DNA of 64,000 nucleotides, taken from Dehalococcoidales bacterium. Its GTDB lineage: Bacteria > Chloroflexota > Dehalococcoidia > Dehalococcoidales > UBA5627. Position numbers and translations under genes: made by a program. Every line of letters begins with the position of its first letter. Positions within the stretch are counted from its first letter, which is position 1. Below, piece by piece: positions 39,975 to 48,800 of this stretch. The stretch spans positions 13,218 through 77,217 of the forward strand of contig DAOUFJ010000008.1 in NCBI GenBank assembly GCA_034429935.1, given 5' to 3'. The notes beneath the pieces are model-generated. The model saw only the letters and a list, made by a program, of their open reading frames with translations. It had not been told where the DNA came from and made no database searches.

Positions 39975-42900
39975 ATGAAAAGTAAAATTATGAAAATAAT
40001 GGGCATAGTGATGACCGTTGCTATGCTCGCCAGCTTTATGGTTGCCGGTTCGCCGGTTTCCGCGGCAGGTAATCCGGCTTCCGTAAACAACTGGCAAGGC
40101 GTTACCCTTCCGAATACGGTCCCCGGTACCGATGTCGAGCTCATCGAGCAGGCAAACGACGGCACCATCTTTATAAGTGTCTTCTTCGGTAGCGGTACTA
40201 CTATCGGCACCGTAACTATTAACCCTAATACCTGGGCCATGTTCAAGTCTACCGATGGCTATACCTGGACGTTGACCAATATTTACAACTTGCCAACGGC
40301 AAACCGTATTACGGCCATCTGCCCTTCTGCCAACTATTCGGCGGACAAGACGGTCTATGTTGCCGTTAATACTTCAGCTCTCGGCTATAGCACTCTTTAC
40401 CGCTGCACCAACGCCGCCGCTATAGGTACTCCTTACGGCGAGATGGGGCAGATTTCCGGCGGTCTGGGCGCTACCCTGAGAGCCACTGTCATCTATGACC
40501 TCGACAGCTACTATGATGGCTCAGATGTCTGGCTGTTAGCCGCCACCGATGTCGATGCCTTTATCATCAAGGATGATAGGGCTCCCACCACTGTCTGGAC
40601 CGATTTAGGGCTTTCTGAAACCCTGGGCGGTGCATATTCAGATTATGCCACACCTGCAGTCGGCGTCAATGTGTACAAGGCGATGTTCGCTGCCGATTAC
40701 AGTTCCTCCGGTGTCATCTGGGCTGTATACTATGATGAGTATGCCTCCCCGGCTTTAGCAACCAGGTTTGCTACCCTTACCGGCGGGACGAAGGGTTACG
40801 GCCTTATTGCCCGCAGCGCCGGTTCTACGCTTTGGGGCACTGCAATCACCCCTGTTATCGTTAATGATGCTACAGGTGCTAAAACCTATACAGTAACCAC
40901 TACAGCGGCTACTACGGTTATAATTACCGATTTCGATGGTGGTAGTATTACATCTATTAGCGGTGCTACCACTGGTGCTTTTGCACTTGACGGAGGTGGT
41001 ACTTTTGATCCTGGTGAGTATCAGTATGATGCTCTTACCAATACCTTAAGTATAAACACAGCAAATGCCGAGATAATAACTATAACCTATAACGGCGTTT
41101 GTGCTGCCAATGTTAACTGCGATTTGGAATTTGCGGCAACTTACAGCAGCTCTTCGGCGCCTGAGCTTTATGCCGCCTTGAGCTTTGCTGGCAATACTGC
41201 TGCCGATGACCTCTATCGTATCGAGTGCGGTTTCTACGGTACACTCGGCAGTGTTACCCAGTTCGATGTCGACCCTGCCCCGGGTGACAGAGTCGATTTC
41301 TGCAGCCTTGAGGTAGTCGGTAACGTTATTATCGCCGGAACCCAGGATACTTTCCCGGGCGGTGGTGCTGCTACCGAAGTATGGTACAGCGTCAATAACG
41401 GCACTTCCTGGAGCGTGGCTGCCAAGAACCCGACCGGCACCTTGGTCAATACCTGTAATGTTCTTATAAGCGAATATGGCACTACCAAGGATTTGGCGTT
41501 TGCCGCCACCGGCGGCACCCAGAGCGCCGTCTCGATTTCCGAAGATGACGGCAACACCTGGACGCAGATCGCTTTCATCGATGATGTTATCACCACGGTG
41601 AACGATATAGCTTTCAATCCTACGGGCAAAGCTGCCCTGCTGATTACTACTAACAGTACTGGTGTATCCAGCCTCTGGAAGGTTGCCGATGTAACGGCTG
41701 TTACTCCGGCATGGCAGAGAACGCTCTGCGAAGATTATTCGACCACCATCAACGAATTCAACATGGTTGAATATTCTGATGACGGCGTTGCCATCATGCT
41801 CTATGACGGTACCGATAACAGGATTTATCGTTCTACCGACAATACCAGCACCTTTATCAACTGGAGAAATACAGCCAGTTGGGGAACGATAAATGCCTGG
41901 CTGGTTCCCAACACCAGCACGGTATATGCGGCTACTACCGGCGGTTTCTTTAGCACTTCTCTCGTTGGTTCCAGAATCACCGGTGTAAATCTCGTATCCA
42001 TTGCCAGCAGCGGCGACACTTTTGCGGTCGGTTCTGCTGCCGGTAATATCTATGTGTCCTTCAATAAGGGCGGAGCCTGGGGTACCGCTTTCGATATACC
42101 GACTGCCGGTACGGTTAATATCTATGTCGCTTTCGATGCCAATTTCGGTATTAGCGGCGTTGCCGGCACAGACCTTCTTTATGCGGCCTCTGCTGACGGC
42201 AAAGTTTATCAGTGCCAGTTAATCAACGATGCTGCCGACGCTGATAAAGTCTTTATGGGAACTGCTACCGTTACTACTCTTTCCGGCGCTTTACTCGATG
42301 ATGAGAACAAAGCTGCGGCAGATGCTACTGCTTTCAATGGTATTGTTGTTGCTGATGACAACGCCATGTATCTGTCAGGTACTGTTTATTCAACCACCGG
42401 CAGCGGTTCTTCTTCTGTACAGGTTTTGGCTGGCAGCCAGTTACAGCTTGTCAGGGATTTGACCCCCGTTACCGATGTATTTACTTATAACATAGCTTCC
42501 GCTATAAACGTTACCGGTGTTGTCAATGGCCCGGGTAATACTCCTTTCATCGATAATGAAGTCCTGCTGGTAATCGGCGACAACTTGGCTGTCGACTCTG
42601 CCGGTACCAGTATTACCGGTACTATTCTGGTACAGGGTGCTACTTCCGGCGCTACCGGTACTGTCGCTCTGCCTGCTATCGCGGTTACATGGACTGCAGG
42701 TGTTTCGACGGTTTCAGTTTCCAGCTCTACGTTAATACTTGATACCGCTTCCACTAGTGGTACACCTGCTTATGATGCTGGCATGGCTAGAATCCTGCTT
42801 CACGAGAGAAACAATGTTTGGGAATATGAAATCGATCCCGGTATGGCCGGATTATGGTACACCAATGGTTCCAATATTCTCTGGACCATTGATAATGATA

Positions 42901-43889
42901 TGAACAATGATACTACTCCTGGTGATATGGGAATTTCTGTATTCGAAGACTTTGTGAGCGGCAAGGTTCAGGGTGCCTCCGTTACCGAATACATGCCCAA
43001 CCCCAATGAACAGTTGAAGAGTGCTACTGTTACGTGGACGCAGGTTAAGGAAGCTGCCTCGACGATATATGAAATCGATGTTTGGGATGCTTCCGGTACT
43101 ACCGCTACCTATGTAAAGACTGCATACTATACTGTTAAATCCGCAGAGAAAGCTACGGGAACCACTCTTAGTAAAACTATAGATGACCTCAAGGCTTCAA
43201 CCAAATATACATTCTATGTACGTGTATATGAGCAGGCTTTGAATCAGAGCCGCTGGTCCACCGGCGTCTCCTTAACCACCAGCGCTTATCTGCCGTCTCC
43301 GTTACCTGTAAGCCCGTCCCAGTATCTTACCGATGCTTCGCTGGCTCCGACGTTTACATGGTCTGCGGTAAGTACGGCAGCTTCCTATAACTTCCAGTTA
43401 AGTAGCGACAACACCTTTACCAATCTTATAGCCGATGCTAATGTTGCTGCTACTGGTTATACCTATAGCGGTGGTGCTCTCACCTATGATACCGATTACT
43501 ACTGGAGAGTACAGTCTGTTGCCGCTGATGGCACCAAGAGTACCTGGTCTTCATACTCTATAATAGATCCGTCTACCGGCACTTACAGATCGACCGGTGC
43601 TCCCAGTGTCTTCCACACCATGATGGATCCTGCTGAGTATATTGACACGGATACCACCGTTACCACGACTACCAGTATTACTCAGACTACCACATCGATT
43701 CAGTTCAGTGTAGAAGTACCTGAGTACGTTCTTACCTACACTCAGCCCACTGTAACCAACACTATCACCAATCAGATAGTTATGCCTGACGACTCAACTC
43801 CTGCATACATCTGGGCGATAGTTGCTATCGGTGCCCTGTTAACGATTGCGGTAATCGTCCTCATCATCAGAACCCGCAGGGTAGTTTAA
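39975..43889 (+). CDS. Giant cell-surface (S-layer-like) protein: signal peptide, Asp-box/BNR-like beta-propeller repeats, FN3-like modules, Thr-rich stalk, C-terminal TM anchor
   Basis: The signal peptide is MKSKIMKIMGIVMTVAMLASFMVAGSPVSA|AG. Asp-box-like motifs include SEDDGNTW, SVNNGTSW and SFNKGGAW. An FN3-like motif is DTDYYWRVQSVAADGTKSTWS. The tail is DTDTTVTTTTSITQTTTS...YIWAIVAIGALLTIAVIVLIIRTRRVV. Confidence 0.85.
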   Translation: MKSKIMKIMGIVMTVAMLASFMVAGSPVSAAGNPASVNNWQGVTLPNTVPGTDVELIEQANDGTIFISVFFGSGTTIGTVTINPNTWAMFKSTDGYTWTLTNIYNLPTANRITAICPSANYSADKTVYVAVNTSALGYSTLYRCTNAAAIGTPYGEMGQISGGLGATLRATVIYDLDSYYDGSDVWLLAATDVDAFIIKDDRAPTTVWTDLGLSETLGGAYSDYATPAVGVNVYKAMFAADYSSSGVIWAVYYDEYASPALATRFATLTGGTKGYGLIARSAGSTLWGTAITPVIVNDATGAKTYTVTTTAATTVIITDFDGGSITSISGATTGAFALDGGGTFDPGEYQYDALTNTLSINTANAEIITITYNGVCAANVNCDLEFAATYSSSSAPELYAALSFAGNTAADDLYRIECGFYGTLGSVTQFDVDPAPGDRVDFCSLEVVGNVIIAGTQDTFPGGGAATEVWYSVNNGTSWSVAAKNPTGTLVNTCNVLISEYGTTKDLAFAATGGTQSAVSISEDDGNTWTQIAFIDDVITTVNDIAFNPTGKAALLITTNSTGVSSLWKVADVTAVTPAWQRTLCEDYSTTINEFNMVEYSDDGVAIMLYDGTDNRIYRSTDNTSTFINWRNTASWGTINAWLVPNTSTVYAATTGGFFSTSLVGSRITGVNLVSIASSGDTFAVGSAAGNIYVSFNKGGAWGTAFDIPTAGTVNIYVAFDANFGISGVAGTDLLYAASADGKVYQCQLINDAADADKVFMGTATVTTLSGALLDDENKAAADATAFNGIVVADDNAMYLSGTVYSTTGSGSSSVQVLAGSQLQLVRDLTPVTDVFTYNIASAINVTGVVNGPGNTPFIDNEVLLVIGDNLAVDSAGTSITGTILVQGATSGATGTVALPAIAVTWTAGVSTVSVSSSTLILDTASTSGTPAYDAGMARILLHERNNVWEYEIDPGMAGLWYTNGSNILWTIDNDMNNDTTPGDMGISVFEDFVSGKVQGASVTEYMPNPNEQLKSATVTWTQVKEAASTIYEIDVWDASGTTATYVKTAYYTVKSAEKATGTTLSKTIDDLKASTKYTFYVRVYEQALNQSRWSTGVSLTTSAYLPSPLPVSPSQYLTDASLAPTFTWSAVSTAASYNFQLSSDNTFTNLIADANVAATGYTYSGGALTYDTDYYWRVQSVAADGTKSTWSSYSIIDPSTGTYRSTGAPSVFHTMMDPAEYIDTDTTVTTTTSITQTTTSIQFSVEVPEYVLTYTQPTVTNTITNQIVMPDDSTPAYIWAIVAIGALLTIAVIVLIIRTRRVV

Positions 43890-43944
43890 TAAGCTAGCCG
43901 CAAGGTTTTGAATGAAGGGTAGTTTACCCTGATTAGAGACAACG

Positions 43945-43977
43945 GAAGCCCCCCGAATTTCGGGGGGCTTCTTTTTT
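43945..43977 (+). terminator. Strong intrinsic terminator after the first surface-protein gene
   Basis: GAAGCCCCCCGA-ATT-TCGGGGGGCTTC forms a 12-bp stem and is followed by TTTTTT. Confidence 0.85.
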
Positions 43978-44071
43978 AACCTCACCCCTGACCCCTCTCC
44001 GCAGGTAGAGAGGGGAGAAAATATACCCCCTTCTCTGACTTCGGAGAAGGGGGGCAGGGGGATGAGGTGTT
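43978..44071 (-). repeat. Composite palindromic element (right copy, inverted relative to 38791-38883)
   Basis: The reverse complement reads AACACCTCATCCCCCTGCCCCCCTTCTCCGAAGTCAGAGAAGGGGGTATATTTTCTCCCCTCTCTACCTGCGGAGAGGGGTCAGGGGTGAGGTT. Confidence 0.85.
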
Positions 44072-44094
44072 AAGGATTACAGTTCTATTTCGTC

Positions 44095-44128
44095 GTTGCG
44101 AGTCTTCCCGAAGGGAAAGCGAAGCAAT
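44095..44128 (+). repeat. Palindromic element GTTGCGAG...CGAAGCAAT (second copy)
   Basis: GTTGCGAGTCTTCCCGAAGGGAAAGCGAAGCAAT is in the same orientation as the copy at 39059-39094. Confidence 0.7.
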
Positions 44129-44268
44129 CACTACAATGCAATATAATTACCCCGCACCGCAATTCGTTTCCCAAAAGCCCCCTTGATGCGGATTAGCCCC
44201 CGGTTGTTGTGAAAAAACGGCTGTATTGCCATTCTGCGGCTTCCAATCGTAGAAAAACCAATCAAACT

Positions 44269-44400
44269 GTCATCCTGAAGCCACACATTCGCTGCGCTCA
44301 GTGTAAACTCCGGGTGGCTGAAGGAACTGGGGGGTGGTATCATACGAATTAACCACTCCGCCCCGGATGCTTCGTTCGACCACTACGAACTCAGTATGAC
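44269..44400 (+). repeat. MITE-like element, long variant (132 nt)
   Basis: It runs from GTCATCCTGAAGCC to GAACTCAGTATGAC. It carries a ~24-nt insertion relative to the copy at 44847-44952. Confidence 0.75.
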
Positions 44401-44482
44401 AGAAAGGATAACATTGCATAAAAATCAACAATGAGTTTAAATAACCTGATATACTTAAAGCAGTTAATTAAAAAGAACATTT

Positions 44483-44770
44483 ATGAATAAGCAATACTAC
44501 GTATATATAATGGCTAATGAAATCGATACCACTTTATATATTGGCATCACTAATGACTTGAAGAGAAGGGTTTACGAACATAAAGAAAAAATGGTTGACG
44601 GATTTACTAAAAGATACAACATTAACAAATTAGTATATTATGAAATATGCCAAGAAGTAATGGGTGCCATTTCGAGAGAAAAGCAGTTAAAGGGCATAAG
44701 CAGGTTAAAGAAAAATGAGCTTATTGCGCAATTTAATCCATATTGGCAAGACCTTTATGAGGAACTATAA
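44483..44770 (+). CDS. GIY-YIG nuclease family protein (UPF0213-like, 95 aa)
   Basis: YYVYIMANEIDTTLYIGITNDLKRRVYEHKEK contains the GIY...YIG motifs, and a conserved Arg/Glu follows. Confidence 0.88.
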   Translation: MNKQYYVYIMANEIDTTLYIGITNDLKRRVYEHKEKMVDGFTKRYNINKLVYYEICQEVMGAISREKQLKGISRLKKNELIAQFNPYWQDLYEEL

Positions 44771-44793
44771 AGAATACCAGTAAAATCCCCTCT

Positions 44794-44833
44794 CCCCGGA
44801 TGCTTCGTTCGACCACTACGAACTCAGCATGAC
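44794..44833 (+). repeat. Partial (3' half) MITE-like element
   Basis: The sequence is CCCCGGATGCTTCGTTCGACCACTACGAACTCAGCATGAC. Confidence 0.7.
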
Positions 44834-44846
44834 AGTCTAGTTTATT

Positions 44847-45029
44847 GTCATCCTGAAGTCACAAAGGGTGACTGAAGGAACTGGGGGGGTATCATGCGAA
44901 TTAACCACTCCGCCCCGGATGCTTCGTTCGACCACCACGAACTCAGCATGGCAATTTTACTTCCTTCTTCGAAAAAGAGGTGGTGAGGGAGATTTGCACC
45001 GAACTTGCACGGGGTTTGCCCTTTTGAAG
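44847..45029 (+). repeat. Direct repeat, left copy (MITE-like element plus 77-nt AATTTTACTTCC...CCCTTTTGAAG module)
   Basis: It aligns by eye with 45611-45781. The 77-nt module differs at about 6 positions. Confidence 0.8.
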
Positions 45030-45126
45030 CATGACTGTATTTATTCGAAGACCACAGGGACGGGATAATGTGGTATACTGAACATGATTGTAGAAACGAT
45101 TCCATCCGAATGCAGGGGAACGGCCA

Positions 45127-45336
45127 ATGGAAAAAGAAATAATTTTTTTGGTGGAAGAATCGCCGGAAGGCGGGTACCAGGCAAAGGCGCTCGGGCACGA
45201 TATCTTTACGGAAGCCGATACCTTCGAAGAATTGAAAAGGATGGCGCAGGATGCAGTGCAGTGCCATTTCGAGCCGGAAAAGATGCCGCGGCTTATCCGC
45301 CTGCATATGGTAAAGGACGAGGTTATCGCTGTATGA
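45127..45336 (+). CDS. hicB: HicB-family antitoxin (UPF0150-like, 69 aa)
   Basis: The product is MEKEIIFLVEESPEGGYQAKALGHDIFTEADTFEELKRMAQDAVQCHF... It has an ATGA start/stop overlap with the downstream hicA. Confidence 0.8.
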   Translation: MEKEIIFLVEESPEGGYQAKALGHDIFTEADTFEELKRMAQDAVQCHFEPEKMPRLIRLHMVKDEVIAV

Positions 45337-45578
45337 AGCTGCCCAGGGACATCGGCGGTGATGAACTGGCCGGGCTCCTGTCCAGATTCGGGTATCAGGT
45401 AACGCGTCAAACGGGTAGTCATATGCGCTTGACTACGAACTATACTGGTATAGAGCAGCATATTACCATCCCGAAGCATAAACCCCTCAAGACAGGCACG
45501 CTGAGCAGCATTATTAACGAGATTGCCGGTTATCTTGAGATGGAAAGGCAGTCTCTTATCGATAAGCTGTTCGGATAG
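45333..45578 (+). CDS. hicA: HicA-family mRNA interferase toxin (YcfA-like, 81 aa)
   Basis: MKLPRDIGGDELAGLLSRFGYQVTRQTGSHMRLTT...ITIPKHKPLKTGTLSSIINEIA contains the conserved GSH and PxH motifs. The internal ATG at 45333 is preferred over the long track ORF starting at 45084. Confidence 0.85.
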   Translation: MKLPRDIGGDELAGLLSRFGYQVTRQTGSHMRLTTNYTGIEQHITIPKHKPLKTGTLSSIINEIAGYLEMERQSLIDKLFG

Positions 45579-45579
45579 T

Positions 45580-45607
45580 CCCCCCGAATTTCGGGGGCTT
45601 CTTTTTT
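45580..45607 (+). terminator. Intrinsic terminator after hicA (a degenerate copy of the 43945-43977 terminator)
   Basis: CCCCCCGAATTTCGGGGGCTTCTTTTTT has a shorter 7-bp stem. Confidence 0.55.
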
Positions 45608-45610
45608 AAA

Positions 45611-45781
45611 CCATTCTCATCATGAAGTCACCGGGGGGTGGTATCATACGAATTAACCACTCCACCCCGGATGCTTCGTTTGTCCCTCACGAACTCAGCA
45701 TGGCAATTTTACTTCCCTCTTCGAAAAAGAGGTGGTGAGGGAGATTTGCATTGAATATACACGGGGTTTGCCCTTTTGAAG
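45611..45781 (+). repeat. Direct repeat, right copy (MITE-like element plus 77-nt module)
   Basis: It runs from CCATTCTCATCATGAAGTCACC to GAACTCAGCATGGC, followed by AATTTTACTTCCCTCTTCGAAAAAGAGGTGGTGAGGGAGATTTGCA...CCCTTTTGAAG. Confidence 0.8.
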
Positions 45782-45832
45782 GGGGCAAAGCGTCAAAAAC
45801 ATGCACAATAATCGCCTGATGTCAACCATTTT

Positions 45833-45860
45833 TTGACACTATTTATGTGTGTATTATAAA
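45833..45860 (+). promoter_or_regulatory. Promoter candidate placing the transcription start at or next to the ATG of the second surface-protein gene (leaderless?)
   Basis: TTGACA (45833-45838), a 16-nt spacer and TATAAA (45855-45860), with the ATG 8 nt later at 45869. No Shine-Dalgarno sequence lies between them. Confidence 0.45.
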
Positions 45861-45868
45861 ATAGCCAG

Positions 45869-48800
45869 ATGGCAATTAAAAGGCTTTTCGTGTTAATACT
45901 GGCAGTGCCGCTGGTGTTGTTGAATGTGCCGGTTGGCGCTGAAAATGTCGTTGAGGGGGCTTCGAACACCGCGCGGTGGCAGCAGGCGAACATCCCCGCA
46001 CAGGGTGGTGAACACGGCTGGCTGCTGGCGGGCGGCTCGGATATTACCTGCCTTGCCATAGATAGCAACGGCATTCTCTATGCCGGAGTTACCGGGCTGC
46101 CCTCGAACTTCTACAGGTCTGTTGACGACGGGAATAGCTGGCAGGCAATCGGGAGCGGCAGCGATACCGTTGTAGATATCGTAATCACGCCGGAAGATGC
46201 GGTTTATTACGCCACAGCATACGACATTTACCGTTTCTTCGATGGAGTGATTACGCTTGTCGCCTCGTTGCCCGGCCGTTCTGCCGGTCCCGGTACCGCC
46301 ATTACATCCATCGATGTGTCTTTTTATAACGGAGGCTATGCGGTGCTTGTCGGCACCAGGAACGAAAATAGCGGGCAGTTCGGTGGCGTATATGTTGTCA
46401 GTGGTGAAGTATTCCTGCAATGGCAGGATTTGGGGCTGGCGGGCTGTGATGTGTATTCGGTGGCTTTCTCTCCGCATTTCGGGGAGGATAATTTCGTGCT
46501 TGCCCTGGCAACCGACGAAACCGGTACGTTCGTAACATGGAAGGAAGGCAGCAGCGGCTGGGGAAGTACTGTCGGAGATGCCATGTTAACCGATGGCGGC
46601 ACGGGAAGCCCGGTTGTCGTAACCGGAACCGCCGAAATCGCTTTCCCCGGCGATTATTCTTCGAATGCCGGAAGCGGAAATTGCGTTTTATACGCGGCTG
46701 TCGATACGGGGACTGCCGGCGGCGATGTCTATGCGGTTTACGGCAGGGGGATTCCCGGACAATCCGTTGCCGAAGACCTGGATGTGGCCGCATGTTGCGG
46801 AGGGGATAACATCGATATCACCGGATTCGATATCTGCGGAAGCACCGGCAGCATATGTATGATGGCCGGAGCCTCCGCCGGCGGCGACGTTTATATGAGT
46901 TCGGACAGCGGGGAAAGCTGGCGGCAGAGCGGAAAACCGCCGACCGGCGGCGGAAGCACGTTCGTACTGATGTCCGCAGGTTATAAGAGCAACGGAAAGG
47001 CATATTGCGCTACCGGAGGCAGCGAAAGCGCTTTCTCCATGAGTTGTGATTACGGCATGAACTGGAACCAGAGGGGTCTTATCGATACGACGGTCGATAT
47101 CGTCCTCGATACGGCAGTTTCACCCCGCTACAGCGATGATGAAACGGTATTTCTGCTGACATGGGGCGGAGAGTACAGCCTGTGGCGCACCCTGAACGGC
47201 TGCGAGAGCTGGGAGCGGATATTTTCCGGTTCTCCGGTCAACCCGATAGTTGTGGACAGGGTCGGAATATCCCCGCAATACGGAGTCGAAAGCCATGTTC
47301 TCTATCTCTGCGGCAGCGCTGACGGCAATCCCGCAATCTGGAAAACGGTTGACCGGGGACAGAGCTTTTCCGCCAGGGATGCGCCGTTTGCGGTCGACCA
47401 GTGGAAGGTGGTCGGCGACACTTCTTTTTATATCGCCGGCGAAGACAGCCAAGCCCTGCTTTACAAGACGACCAACAGCGGCGTGCGCTATGCGGTAAAG
47501 ACCGCGGTGGGCAGTGAAATGTTAACGTCGATAGCTGTATCTCCTTCTTATTCAAGCGATAAGACGGTGCTCGTCGGGAATAGCAACGGCGGTGTGTATT
47601 TGTCTGACGACGGCGGGGTTACGTTTGCTCCGCTGGGGGACGCAGCCTCTCCCCTGGGAGGCGGTATCAGTGTAGCTTTCGATGCGGGGTACGCCGGCAA
47701 CAATACCGTTTATGCCGCCGGCGATATGCCCGGCAACGGGGTTTACAGCTTTACAATCGGGGAAAGCACCGTATGGGAATCTATCGACAGCACCCTGCCG
47801 CCGGGGGCAATGATAGGTGACATGGGGGTATCCGGCAACGGCACGTTGTATGCCGTTAATTTTCAGCAGGTGGATGCGGCAGGCGAAAAAGGCGGCGTCG
47901 AGCGTTGCCTTTCACCTTCGTCCGGCCCTGTATTCGAAACATTCAATTCCGGGCTGAACATCGACGCCTCTCTGGATGGATTCCGGGTCAGCGGGAATAC
48001 CGTATGGTCGCTCGACATCGACAATAACTGCCTGGTCTTTTTTACGGACAGCCTTTCGCAGAAGGTAACCCTTACCTCGCCTGCGGACGGCTCGACAGTC
48101 AAAGGGGATGTTTCAGGCACTGCCGTAAAAAGCGTTTTGCTGGACTGGGAGCCGCTTGACGGGGCTTCCGGCTATCGCTGGCAGCTGGGCAGTGACGATA
48201 ATTTCTCGTCCTCTTCGATAATATCCGAAGATACCACGGATTCCAGTTCGCTTAAATTGACCCTGCTCGAGGCAGGCAATGAGTATTACTGGCGCATCAG
48301 GGCTGTCGAACCTGTGCTGAGCCCATGGTCAGATGTGTGGTCTTTTACTCCCGAGGCTTTGTCCGAACTGGACGCCCCGGTACTGGAATCCCCCGCAGCC
48401 GGTGCCGTTAACGTCCCCGTAAATACGATGTTCCAGTGGACGGCTGTTAGTGGTGCCGAGAGCTACGAAATGGAAGTATCCGCACAATACGATTTCAATA
48501 ACGTGGTCGTACGGCTGGCGGGAGATGCGTCCCTGCCGGTGAATGCATGGCAGAACCAGGCTGCCTTCGGCTATAACACCACCTATTACTGGCGTGTGCG
48601 TGCGGTCAATCCTGATGCGGTTGGAAGCTGGAGCGGGGCGGGCGTCTTTTCTACCGAACCGGCGGCGTCTGTGCAGACGTTGATAACGACGTCTGCTATA
48701 ACGGAACAGGTTCAAACTACCCAGACTTCAGCCTCTTTCTCTACCGTTGAAAAGCTGACGACCACAGTGTCCACGGAATTTTCGACGGTGACCATCGTTC

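Noticed and set aside
44131-44343. A 70-aa minus-strand ORF lies between the first surface-protein gene and the GIY-YIG gene.
   Set aside because: Its N-terminal third is a translation of the MITE-like element (44269-44400). It has no RBS and no recognisable motif, and it lies in repeat-dense DNA.
44848-45479. Minus-strand ORFs of 152 and 178 aa, and a 164-aa plus-strand ORF starting at 45084, overlap hicBA.
   Set aside because: The minus-strand ORFs run through the MITE-like repeat and antisense to hicB and hicA. The long plus-strand ORF is an Arg/Gly-rich out-of-frame read across hicB. The recognisable HicA sequence starts at the internal ATG at 45333, which overlaps the hicB stop (ATGA).
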